64,000 nt of DNA, from the NCBI GenBank assembly GCA_002269645.1, contig NIVC01001001.1, positions 186,001 through 250,000 of the forward strand, in the 5' to 3' direction. The notes under the pieces were generated by a model, which had not been told where the DNA came from, did no database searches, and saw only the letters and a program-made list of their open reading frames with translations. Below are positions 1 through 11,100 of the stretch, one piece after another. Position 1 is the stretch's first letter. Every line of letters starts with the position of its first letter. The DNA comes from Macrostomum lignano. Taxonomy: Eukaryota. Both the position numbers and the translations under genes were made by a program.

Positions 1-553
1 TCATATATGTCTAGCCCTAGCTGTCCCCTGGCTGAAGCTTTAGATAAACTTAGTAAGCTCTCTTCCCTAGTAGTGCATACCATGTATATATAGTAGGCCT
101 ACATAGTACTAAAAACTAGGCCCTAGATCTAGACCACCTAAGACATTGTTGTTGCATTTGAGAATTTTTCCAAAAGAACTGTATCTTTGTAAGTATAAGT
201 CATAGAGTTGTTGACGTTCCTGGACACTTTGTCATTGAATAGGGCCTAGGCCTAGGGACTAGTACGGCCTAACGTCTAACGAATTGGCCATGAAAATAAT
301 GGCAGGAGAAACAAGGATAAAGGCAAGACTAGGCCTACCAATCGTTAAAGTTATAGAGCCTAGTTTCTGCCGAAGAGCAGGAGTTAGAGTAGGCCTACAA
401 GTACAACTACAACTAGAAGTATAGATAGGCTGATGATAGGCATTTGCTTGTCTCTTCTCGAATTTTTTATTCTTCTTGAACCCCGCTTCAATCAGAGGGA
501 TAGTAAATTTGTTTACTTTAACTTTAAACAATTGTTTAATTTAAACTTTTTAC

Positions 554-636
554 CATTTCTTTGCAACACCACTGGAAGTACACGACCCGAGGTGGCTGGG
601 ATACGCTTGTCCACTCGTCATGCCATGCAACCGAAC
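554..636 (-). other. Possible isolated coding exon of a minus-strand gene running off the left edge
   Basis: 83-nt GC-richer block bounded on the minus strand by TTTTTTCTACGACAG and GTAAAA. Two of three frames are open (e.g. SVAWHDEWTSVSQPPRVVYFQWCCKK). No neighbouring exons could be joined with confidence. Confidence 0.3.
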
Positions 637-949
637 CTGTCGTAGAAAAAATACTTTTGAATAGAAATTTGAAACCTAAAACTTATGTAAAACAGGCTTA
701 AAAACAAATAAATAAAAAAATGCATATAAAAATTCAAAATAAATTTGGTAGTTTTTTAGGTTATCTGACATTTTTTTAATCAAAGAAAGAAACTATTTTT
801 GTTTTAAAACACAAACATATTTTTAGGCCTGGCAATTTAACACTATATATTTCAAAAGGGAAAAATAAAAAATAAAAAATAAAGAATAAAAATACTTCAA
901 TTGTTTCATACGATGGCGCAAAAAAACCTTATTACATTGCATTTGAAAT

Positions 950-1136
950 CAGGGGCGTAGCCAGGAATTTCCTACGGTGGGGATACACCAAGGTGAATTT
1001 CCTACGGGGGGATACACCAAGGTAAAAGTGCTCACATGGTTGCATGTATAGCGAAAAAGGGCAACAAAAAAGTTTTGGTCAGGCTCTTCGGGGGGGGGGA
1101 TACATCCCCCCTGATCCCCCCCTCCCAACGCCACTG
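950..1136. mobile_element. Non-autonomous hAT-type MITE (187 bp)
   Basis: Imperfect TIRs CAGGGGCGT...ACGCCACTG, flanked by a perfect 8-bp duplication TTTGAAAT (942-949 and 1137-1144). 8-bp TSDs are typical of hAT elements. Confidence 0.85.
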
Positions 1137-2569
1137 TTTGAAATGGAAATAATGGCTGCTTCAGTCCGAGTGCAAAACCTTACAGAGATAGATTTTTCCC
1201 AGATAACTTGAGCAAAGTTAAAACCAACAATATATTATTTAAACTGGTGGTTTATAGCTAGCTGCTAGTTTTTTGGCTATTCGCTCAAACAAAGTTAACC
1301 AATTGTTTAAGAACTTCATCCTAGTAGTTTAAAAAACTGTGTTTCCGGGTTTTTTAACAGATACAAAACGGAAAGAGATTTAATTTAAAAAGGGGGATTT
1401 CTACGAAACTGAAAGAAATTAACTCCTATAGGCTTTTCACGAAGATCGGTTCCAGAACCAGAATAATACCGATTCCAGAACTAGAATCGGAAAAAATGAA
1501 AAGCGTCGAATTTTTCTATTCTATTTCTGTCCTATTATATTACTTCTTAAAAGATAAAAACATTTTTTTCTAAAATCGAGAAACCAGTATTCTCTTTAAA
1601 ATTTTTGAAATGTTATTTCAAAGCCGCGGGGTTAGCAAAGTTTATTACCACCTTTTTGCACCTCTTCAGGTCCCTCAATCTTGCAATATTTTTTAATACT
1701 CATAGAAAATTTGAGCAAAATAGCATAAAATATTCGCTGTTATTCTTACCTCAATGCTCAATACACCATTTTTAAAATAAAAAATAAATATACACTTTTT
1801 GGACTATTTAAGATTTTATTAGACTTCCTTGTTGTCAAAATTTTTTTGATATATTATAATATTATAGGGCTTTTTTCTTTCTTGTGAAAATCATGCCACT
1901 TGCTCTGTTTTAGAATATCTTGCTATTACTAAGTTGTACTAGGCCTGTGTGCTTTCTATTATGGCTATGAATATAATTTATCCTTTTAATCTTACGATAC
2001 TTTTTAGTTATTGAAGACTGAAGTATATACTAGACTTAGTTGGCTATTGTTGCTATGATTTACCACTAGTAGCTTCAGTGCCCAAGCAACAAGATATTAT
2101 CTATTATACTAAAAATGAGTTGTCTGTCGGTATGCGATAGATTTCAGAAAAATTGGCTCAACCGATTTTCTTCAAACTTGCACCATTTGATCAGAAATTT
2201 TCCTGGCACGGTACATGCATCCTGGCTAAGAAATTGCTCAATGTTAAAGGGATTAAATATTCGAAAAACATGCTTTTTTGCAAAGGTCAAGCCAAATTTT
2301 CGACTTGAAATGCATTGTAAGAATGCTAGAGAAAAAACTGACTGACTGAATTCCGATTGTGCTAAAGATTGCATCACAACAAGTTGAAAACAGTGCCGAA
2401 GAAATGCACACACGACTTGATTGAAATTGCGTAACCATATTGCTAACTTAAATTGAGACTGATACTGGCTGACTGAGAAATTGATTATGTCATAACTTTT
2501 TACTCCAATTGACTTGCTGTAAGAATTGAATTATAAGGGCCACAATTCATGTTCTCCAATTGAAAAGAG

Positions 2570-2635
2570 ATAGCCCTGATGCGAACAGACTGGAATGCTA
2601 ATGTAGCGACCTGGGTTCGAATCTCAGTAGTGCAA
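2570..2635 (+). pseudogene. Degenerate tRNA-like segment (B-box GGTTCGAATC) inside Helitron-like copy 1
   Basis: ...TGCTAATGTAGCGACCTGGGTTCGAATCTC; homologous to 5590-5655. No intact cloverleaf could be formed. Confidence 0.45.
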
Positions 2636-2689
2636 AAAGATTTTTTTTATTAAAACACCTTAAAAACACAACAAAACTGCTAAACATCA

Positions 2690-4300
2690 AAGAAGCACAA
2701 TGTCAAACATAGAAGAGCCAACATATCGAACATAAAAGAGTTACCATGTCAAACATAAAAGAGCTACCATGTCGAACATTAAAGAGCTACCATGTCGAAC
2801 ATTAAAGAGCCACCATGTCAAACATAAAAGAGCCACCATGTCAAACATAAAACAGCCACCATTTCGAACATTAAAGAGCCACCATTTCGAACATTAAAGA
2901 GCCACCATTTTGAACATTAAAGAGCCACTATGTCAAACAATTAAGAGCCACCATGTCAAACATAAAAGAGCCACTTTGTCAAACATTAAAGAGCCACCAT
3001 GTCAAACATAAAAGAGCCAACATGTCAGACATTAAAAAGCCACCGTATCAAACATAAAAGAGTTACCATGTAGAACAAAAAAGATCCACCATGTCGAACA
3101 TAAAAGAGCCACCATGTCAAACATAAAGAGCCACCATGTCAAACATTTAGGAGCCACCATGTCAAACATATATGTGACTTTATGTCAAATATTAAAGAGC
3201 CACCATGTGAAACATTAAAGAGCCACCATGTCGAACATTTAAGAGCCACCATGTCAAACCTAAAATAGCCACCATGTCGAACATAAAAGAGCCACAATGT
3301 CAAACATTAAAGAGCCACCATTTCAAACCTAAAGGAGCCACCATGTCGAACATTAAAGAGCCACCATGTCGAACATAAAAGAGCCACCATATCAAACATA
3401 AAAGAGTTACCATGTCAAACATTAAAGAGCCACCATGTCAAACATAAAAGAGACAACATGTCAGACATTAAAAAGCCACCGTATCAAACATAAAAGAGTT
3501 ACCATGTAGAACATTAAAGAGCCACCATTTCAAACCTAAAAGAGCCACCATGTCAAACATTAAAGAGCCACCATGTCGAACATTCAAAAGCCACCATGTC
3601 AAACATTAAAAAGCCACCATGTCGAACATTAAAGAGCCACCTTATCAAACATTAAAGAGCCACCATGTCGAACATTAAAGAGCCACCATGTCGAACATAA
3701 AAGAGCCACCATATCAAACATAAAAGAGTTACCATGTTAAAAATTAAAGAGCCACCATGTCGAACAATAAAGAGCCACCATGTCAAACATAAAACAGACA
3801 CCATTAAGAACATTAAAGAGCCACCATGTCGAACATTAAAGAGCCACCATGTCGAACATAAAAGAGCCACCATTTCGAAAATTAAGGAGCCACCATTTCA
3901 AACCTAAAAGAGCCACCATGTCGAACATTAAAAAGCCACCATGTCGAACATTAAAGAGCCACCATGTCGAACATTAAAAAGCCAACATGTCAAACATTAA
4001 AAAGCCAACATGTCAAACATAAAAGAGCCACCATGTCAAACCTAAAAAAGCCACCATGTCAAACATAGAAGAGCCACTATGTCAAACATAAAAAAGCCAC
4101 CATGTCAAACATAGAAGAGCCACTATGTCAAACATAAAAGAGCCACCATGTCAAACATAAAAGAGCCACCATGTCAAACATAAAAGAGCCACCATGTCAA
4201 ACATAAAAGAGCCACCATGTCAAACATAAAAGAGCCACCATGTCAAACATAAAAGAGCCACCATGTCAAACATAGAAGAGCCACCATGTCAAACATTCAA
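2690..4300. repeat. 22-23-bp minisatellite AAAGAGCCACCATGTC(A/G)AACAT(A/T)
   Basis: Directly visible tandem array inside Helitron-like copy 1. Confidence 0.95.
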
Positions 4301-4399
4301 GATATACAATTTCAAATGTAAAGGTATAAAGCGCCATGCCAATTTAAAGGAGCCACTATAAAGCTAAGGAAATTGTCACTCTAGCTACTTATTGTCTGG

Positions 4400-4930
4400 T
4401 GGATGGTTGCTATTTGGGGATGCTATCTATCTGGGGGATGCTTGCTATTTGGAGGATGCTTGCTTTCTGGGGGATGCTTGCTATCTGGGCGATGCTTGCA
4501 ATTTGGGGGATGCTTGCTATCTGAGGGATGCTTGCTATCTGGTGGATGCTTGCTATCTGAGGGATGCTTGCTATCTGAGTGATGCTTGCTATCTGGGGGA
4601 TGCTTGCTATCTGGTGGATGCTTGCTATCTGAGGGATGCTTGCTATCTGAGTGATGCTTGCTATCTGGGGGATGCTTGCTATCTGAGGGATGCTTGCTAT
4701 CTGAGGGATGCTTGCTATTTGGGGTATGCTTGCTATCTGAGGGATGCTTGCTATCTGGGGAATGCTTGCTATCTGGGGAATGCTTGCTATCTGGGGGATG
4801 TTTGCTATCTGGGGATGCTTGCTATCTGGGGGATGCTTGCTATCTGGGGGATGCTTGCTATCTGGGGGATGCTTGCTATTTGAGGGATGCTTGCTATCTG
4901 GGGAATGCTTGCTATCTGGGGGATGCTTGT
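4400..4930. repeat. 18-bp minisatellite GATGCTTGCTATCTGGGG
   Basis: Tandem array; a more degenerate homologue lies at ~6270-6810 in copy 2. Confidence 0.95.
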
Positions 4931-5589
4931 GGTCTTGGGAAGATTTCTTATTGCAATTCACTTCATTTGAGCAGTTTGTCTGTTGTCTTTGTGAAGGATT
5001 TTTTGGCTGTCTTTTTGTTACTTGTAGAGAACAGAGATTCTATCCAGATGTCCCCCATCGGGGGGCGAAGATTGCTAGTCCATATACTAAAAATGAAAAT
5101 CTTGCTTGTATGTTTGTATGAAATCGATTTTCTCCTGAATGGCTTGACCAATTTTCTTCAAACTTGCACTGTTCGATCAGAAATTTTCCTGGGATGGTAC
5201 ATGCATCTTGGCTAAGAAATTTCTCAATATTAAAGGGATTAAATATTCGAAAAACACGCTTTTTTGCAAAGCAAAGGTGAAAGGTCAAGCAAACTTTTCG
5301 ACTTGAAATGCATTGTAAGAATGCTAGAGAAAAAACTGACTGGTTGAATTTTGATTCTGAAATAGATTGCATCACACCAGGCTTTTTATTTATTGTCTAT
5401 ATACTGGCTGAGTTTTGACACTGAATTGAATTGCATCACAGTATTAAAAATGCAGTGTAAGACTAAGACTAAGATTTGCCTAAGAAATTGATTATGTCAT
5501 AACTGCTTCGTGTGACTTTTACTCAATTGACTTGGTATGAGTGTTGAATTATATAAGTGCTACAAATTCATTTATAATTTCAATGAGAA

Positions 5590-5655
5590 CTAGCCTAGAT
5601 GTGAACACACTAGACTGCTAATGTAGCAACCTGGGTTCGAATCTTAATAGTGTAT
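5590..5655 (+). pseudogene. Degenerate tRNA-like segment inside Helitron-like copy 2
   Basis: GACTGCTAAT resembles a Ser(GCT) anticodon arm and is followed by TGGGTTCGAATC (T-arm/B-box). The variable arm and acceptor stem are missing. Confidence 0.45.
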
Positions 5656-5719
5656 AAAAAATAAAAGTAGCATAATTTTTTTCATTGAAAGCCTTTTTTA
5701 AATTACTAGTTAAAAAGAC

Positions 5720-6075
5720 CTAGATTATGGCGCTAGATAAACCAAGGATTATTGCACTTTGATAATAAGGAATATTGCATTATATAAACCAAGGAATATT
5801 GCACTTGATAAGGCAATGATTATTGCACTTGATAAACCAAGAATTACTGCGCTTGATAAACAAAGGATTATTGCACTTGATAAGCCAAGGATTACTGTGC
5901 TAGATAAACCAAGGATTATTGCACTTGATAAACCAGAGATTATTGCACTTGATAAACAAAGGATTATTGCACTTGATAAACCAAGGATTATTGCACTTTG
6001 ATAATAAGGAATATTGCACTCGATAAACCAAGGAATATTGTACTTGATAAGCCAAGAATTATTGCACTAGATTAG
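5720..6075. repeat. 21-bp minisatellite GGATTATTGCACTTGATAAACCA-type
   Basis: Tandem array occupying the slot held by the 22-23-bp array in copy 1. Confidence 0.9.
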
Positions 6076-6269
6076 AAAGGGCTATTGCACTAGCCCAGAC
6101 ATAGATTTTTGGACTTGATGAGTAAAGGATTATTGCACTAAATGTGAAGCTGATTATTGCGCTGTTTAAAAAGAGATTATTGCGCTTGCTAAGACATGGA
6201 TTGTTGCACAACCTAAGAAAGCAATTATTGCATTAGTGGAGGTAACATTTTCTCTAGCTACTTGCTGTC

Positions 6270-6810
6270 TCGTGGATGCTTGCTATCTGGAGGATGCTTG
6301 CTATCAAGGGGGGGATACTTGCTATTTGGGAGTTGGGGGTACTGGCTACATGTATTTGATTCTTTCTATCCAGGGATGCTTGCTATTTAGGGATTCTTGC
6401 TATCTGCAGGATGCTTGCCATCTGGGTGGATACTTCTATAATATCTGGGGGGTGCTTGCTATCTGCAGGTACTTGCTATCTGGGTAGATGCTTCTATCTG
6501 GGGGGTGCTTGCTATTTGCAGGATGCTTCTATAATATCTGGGGGTGCTTGCTATTTGCAGGATGCTTCTATAATATCTGGGGGGTGCTTGCTATTTGCAA
6601 TATCTGGGGGGTGCTTGCTATCTGCAGGATGCTTGCTATCTGGGTGGATACTTTAACAATATCTGGGGGATGCTTGCTATCTGCAGAATGCTTGCTATCT
6701 GGGTGGATGCTTCTATCTGGGGGATGCTTGCTGTCTGCAGATGCTTGCTATCTGGGGTGATGCTTGCTATCTGCAGTTGTTTACTTTTGGAGGGGGGTGC
6801 TTGCTATCTT
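6270..6810. repeat. Degenerate GATGCTTGCTATCTG minisatellite
   Basis: Same core as 4400-4930, with the same upstream anchor CTAGCTACTT. Confidence 0.9.
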
Positions 6811-8179
6811 GAGAATATTTTATATTTTCTATTTAGGAGAAGCTATATTTTGTTGTCTGTTTGTTAATTTTAGAGAAAAAGTGATTCTTTCACTTTGCAA
6901 ACACCTTTGTCCATGACAATTTTACACAAATAAGGTGATTTATAAAAGTGAAAAAGGAATTGGTATTTAAGAAAATGTGCTTTTTTATTGTTTTCCATGA
7001 ACTATTTTTGCTCCTTTCTTATTAGGCGCCCCGAAGGGGGGCCACACTAGATTGCTAGTTAAATTACTAATTACAAATTCCAAAAAAGTATTACCAATTA
7101 TCAAGGGATTCCTAGCTTCATTTATGGAATTATAATCTATCACGGCTTGCTATTGCATTACACTATTTTTTGTCTAATAGCACATCTTTATTTTTTAGGA
7201 ATTCTTTTCCATTTTCCTTTTGATACTAGACAATTCACCTAATTCCTTACTGTGCATTATGATTTATTCAAGAAATCATTAATATATCACTTTCTTTTTA
7301 GGCCATATTGTGGAAGGTTTTCAGTGTACGCCAGACACATTTTCATTGAATTTTCAATTGTACGCCAACAAATTTTAAATGTATGCCAACTTTCTTAATG
7401 TGCGCTAACAAAAACTAATGGTAAAAAAAAATCGACAAATATTTAAATTTAAATTTAAATTACAAAAAATTGATACCAACATGACACATGTCGTGACGAT
7501 TCCAGTAATTCAAATGATTAGTAAATGAGAAAATAGTAGCAGAAAAAAAGGTTTTTGAAATAACTTTACACAGAAAAATGCACAACAAATTATTTATATT
7601 AATTTGTATGCTAGTCGTGTATGCCACACTATATGCCACACTGTACACAGCCAAGAAATGTATGCCGGTATATGCCACAAAACTATATGCCTTCCGCAAT
7701 ATGGTTTATAGGCAATACATTTTAGTTTCAACCCTAAATGTCTTTGTTTTGCAATTACTACTCTTATCAGCAAACACTGGTTTAACACATCTTAATTTGT
7801 AGGCACTGCTTCTATCCAAATGACTAAAAAAGACTAAAAATTTGTTTAGAATTTGTTTAGCTTTTTGCTTTTTTATACTTGTTTTAGAATCTTCCCTTTA
7901 GATTGCACCTAGTCGAATAAAATTGGATGCAGTTTACCAAAACAAGTTATATGGTAAAACAAATTCTGTAAAACAAATAATTTTTGGTGGAAATTTAAAA
8001 TATAGAAAAACTAATGTTCTCATAGACCTATTACAGTAGCTAAAATCTAGTTAAAGTATTATTGGCTAGCACTAAATAAAATGGATTCCTTTATCTTCCT
8101 ATTTTAGCTTTATTTATAGTTTTAAAAGAATAAATTTCTGTTACTTATAGTAGCTACAAACTTTTTTTCAAGTTCCAAA

Positions 8180-11100
8180 ATGTCATCAAATCAACTTGCT
8201 ACTCCAAGCAGTGGTGCCAATAGCAAAGTGGTCAGCAAATTCTATAAATTTGGCCAACCCCAGGCAGCAGAGAAGCAGATGCTGCAGCAGCAGTGCCGCA
8301 AACGATTCACTGGCACTCAGTCGCATCCTCGTAAGCAGCCTTTGTTCGCTAGCAAATCGCCTTATTCAAAGCCAGTTGGAATTAGCAAGCCACCGCCAGG
8401 CCACCAGCTGCATCATGTTACCGATTCTCCAGCTAGAAAACAACCTCGAACAGTTTTTCGATTCGGTTTGGATAAAGATTCGCCTAAATTGTTGTTGGAA
8501 TCTCAACAGACTGGAACTGAAAATGTAACCAATTCGGAACCAGATTCTTGCCCGGCTGCAAATGGTCAGTCTTCTTCTTCAAACAGAGTCCAATCTGATG
8601 TGATCGAACTTGAAGAAGCTGAGTTGGAGCCTTCTAATCAAAGCGAAAGTCGTGGCCAGCAGCAACAGCTTAGCAACAATGCTAATATAAATTCTTGCAA
8701 TGAATTTTTTGGTCTGCCAATGTTTGTTAAAGATTTGCTGAAAAAGCACAAAGGCATTGATAAGTTGTACGGTAAGTTTCTTGAGGTATTCTTTTCTAAT
8801 ATTAATTGTTCCTATGGCTATCCTCTTTATTAAAAAACAATGTCGACAACTTCATCCATTGTCCACCTCAAAGAATCGGCCATTAATCGGTCACTTCTTT
8901 GTCCACTTCTAAGAATCGGCCATTGTCCACTTCTAAGAATCGGCTATTGTGTACTTCTAAGAATCGGCTATTGTCCACTTCTAAAAGAATGGGTCATTGT
9001 CCACTTCTAAAATTATGGACCATCGCTTCTAAAAATTGGCCATTGTCCACTTCCAAGAATCGGCCATTGTTAACTTCTTACAATCGGCGATTGTCCAATT
9101 TAAAAAATCGGCCATTGTCCAATTTTAAGAATCGGCCATTGTCCAATTTTAAGAATCGGCCATTGTCCAATTTTAAGAATCCTCCATTGTCCACTTTTAA
9201 GAATTGGCCATTGTCCACTTTTAAGAATCGGCCATTGTCCACTTTTAAGAATCGGCCATTGTCCTCTTCTAAGAATAGGCCATTGTCCTCTCTCCTAAGA
9301 GTCGGCCATTGTCCACTTCTAAGAATCGGCCATTGTCCACTTCTAAGAATCGGCCATTGTCCACTTCTAAGAATCGGCCATTGTCCAATTTTAAGAATTC
9401 TCCATTGTCCACTTTTAAGAATCGGCCATTGTCCTCTTCTAAGAATAGGCCATTGTCCTCTCTCCTAAGAGTCGGCCATTGTCCACTTCTAAGAATCGGC
9501 CATTGTCCACTTCTAAGAATCGGCCATTGTCCACTTTTAAGAATCGGCCATTGTCCTCTTCTAAGAGTCGGCCATTGTCCACTTCTAAGAATCGGCCATT
9601 GTCCACCTCTAGGAATCGGCCATTGTCCACCTAAGAATCGGCCATTGTCCACCTAAGAATCGGCCATTGTCCACCTAAAAATCGGCCATTGTCCACCTAA
9701 GAATCGGCCATTGTCCACCTAATAATCGGCCATTGTCCACCTAAAAATCGGCCATTGTCCACCTAAGAATCGGCCATTGTCCAACTCGAAGAATTGGCAA
9801 TAGTCCAATATCCAGAGTCTAAGAGTTGCTTCAACCCCCCCCCTCAACGCCCTCAGACTGGCAGACAGACTGCCTGTCCATGCCAGCAGTTCAGTCCGGC
9901 GGCAACTTGGTGTACAGCTTGCCAACAAGCGGTGGCAAAACATTGGTAGCGGAACTGCTCATACTCCAACAGTTGCTAGTGAACGGTCGAGATGCATTAT
10001 TCGTGTTGCCGTTTGTCTCAATAGTACAGGAGAAAGTTCTATCAACTAGCGCCCTAGGACTCGAGCTGGGGTTCCTAGTGGAAGAATACGCTCACCATAA
10101 GGGTCGACTACCACCCGTGAAGCGTAGAAATCGAAAAACGTTGTACATCGCCACTATTGAGAAGGCTCTGGCCCTGGTTAACAGTCTGATTGAAGAGAAA
10201 CGAATCGAAGAATTGGGTATTGTAGTTGTGGACGAGTTGCACATGATTGGCGAATCTGGACGGGGCTCTACATTGGAGTCCTTAATTACTAAGGTGCTAA
10301 TATTATTTAGATTTTGCAACCTTACCTAGACTAGTTCAGATATGAATAGCAGATTACTTCTGCGGTATTCTTGAAAAGTTGCAGTTTAGCTAGCCGAAAA
10401 AATCGCCCAAAGACTATCTGGGGAATCGCTCATGGACTGGAGAATCGCCCATAGATAGACTATCCAGAGGATCACCCATTAACTATCCAGAGGATCACCC
10501 ATTAACTATCCAGAGGATCACCCATTAACTATCCAGAGGATCACCCATTAACTATCCAGAGGATCACCCATACACTATCCAGAGGATCACCCATACACTA
10601 TCCAGAGGATCACCCATTAACTATCCAGAGGATCACCCATACACTATCCAGAGGATCACCCATACACTATCCAGAGGATCACCCATTAACTATCCAGAGG
10701 ATCACCCATACACTATCCAGAGGATCACCCATTAACTATCCAGAGGATCACCCATACACTATCCAGAGGATCACCCATTAACTATCCAGAGGATCACCCA
10801 TTAACTATCCAGAGGATCACCCATTAACTATCCAGAGGATCACCCATTAACTATCCAGAGGATCACCCATTAACTATCCAGAGGATCACCCATACACTAT
10901 CCAGAGGATCACCCATACACTATCCAGAGGATCACCCATTAACTATCCAGAGGATCACCCATTAACTATCCAGAGGATCACCCATTAACTATCCAGAGGA
11001 TCACCCATTAACTATCCAGAGGATCACCCATTAACTATCCAGAGGATCACCCATTAACTATCCAGAGGATCACCCATTAACTATCCAGAGGATCACCCAT

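Larger units (their letters stand above)
2100..5078 (+). mobile_element. Non-autonomous Helitron-like element, copy 1 of a head-to-tail dimer
   Basis: Starts A|TC (TCTATTATACTAAAAATG). Ends with hairpin CCCCC-ATC-GGGGG followed by GATTGCTAG. The first ~550 bp is homologous to copy 2. Carries two minisatellites and no transposase ORF. Confidence 0.7.
5079..7058 (+). mobile_element. Non-autonomous Helitron-like element, copy 2 of a head-to-tail dimer
   Basis: Starts TC (TCCATATACTAAAAATG) immediately after the CTAG of copy 1. Ends with hairpin CCCC-GAA-GGGG followed by GATTGCTAG|T. The dimer sits between A2099 and T7059, the canonical Helitron target. Confidence 0.7.

Noticed and set aside
2570-2635. 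Functional tRNA genes (also 5590-5655 and 22080-22450)
   Set aside because: Only B-box/T-arm fragments are present; no complete cloverleaf.
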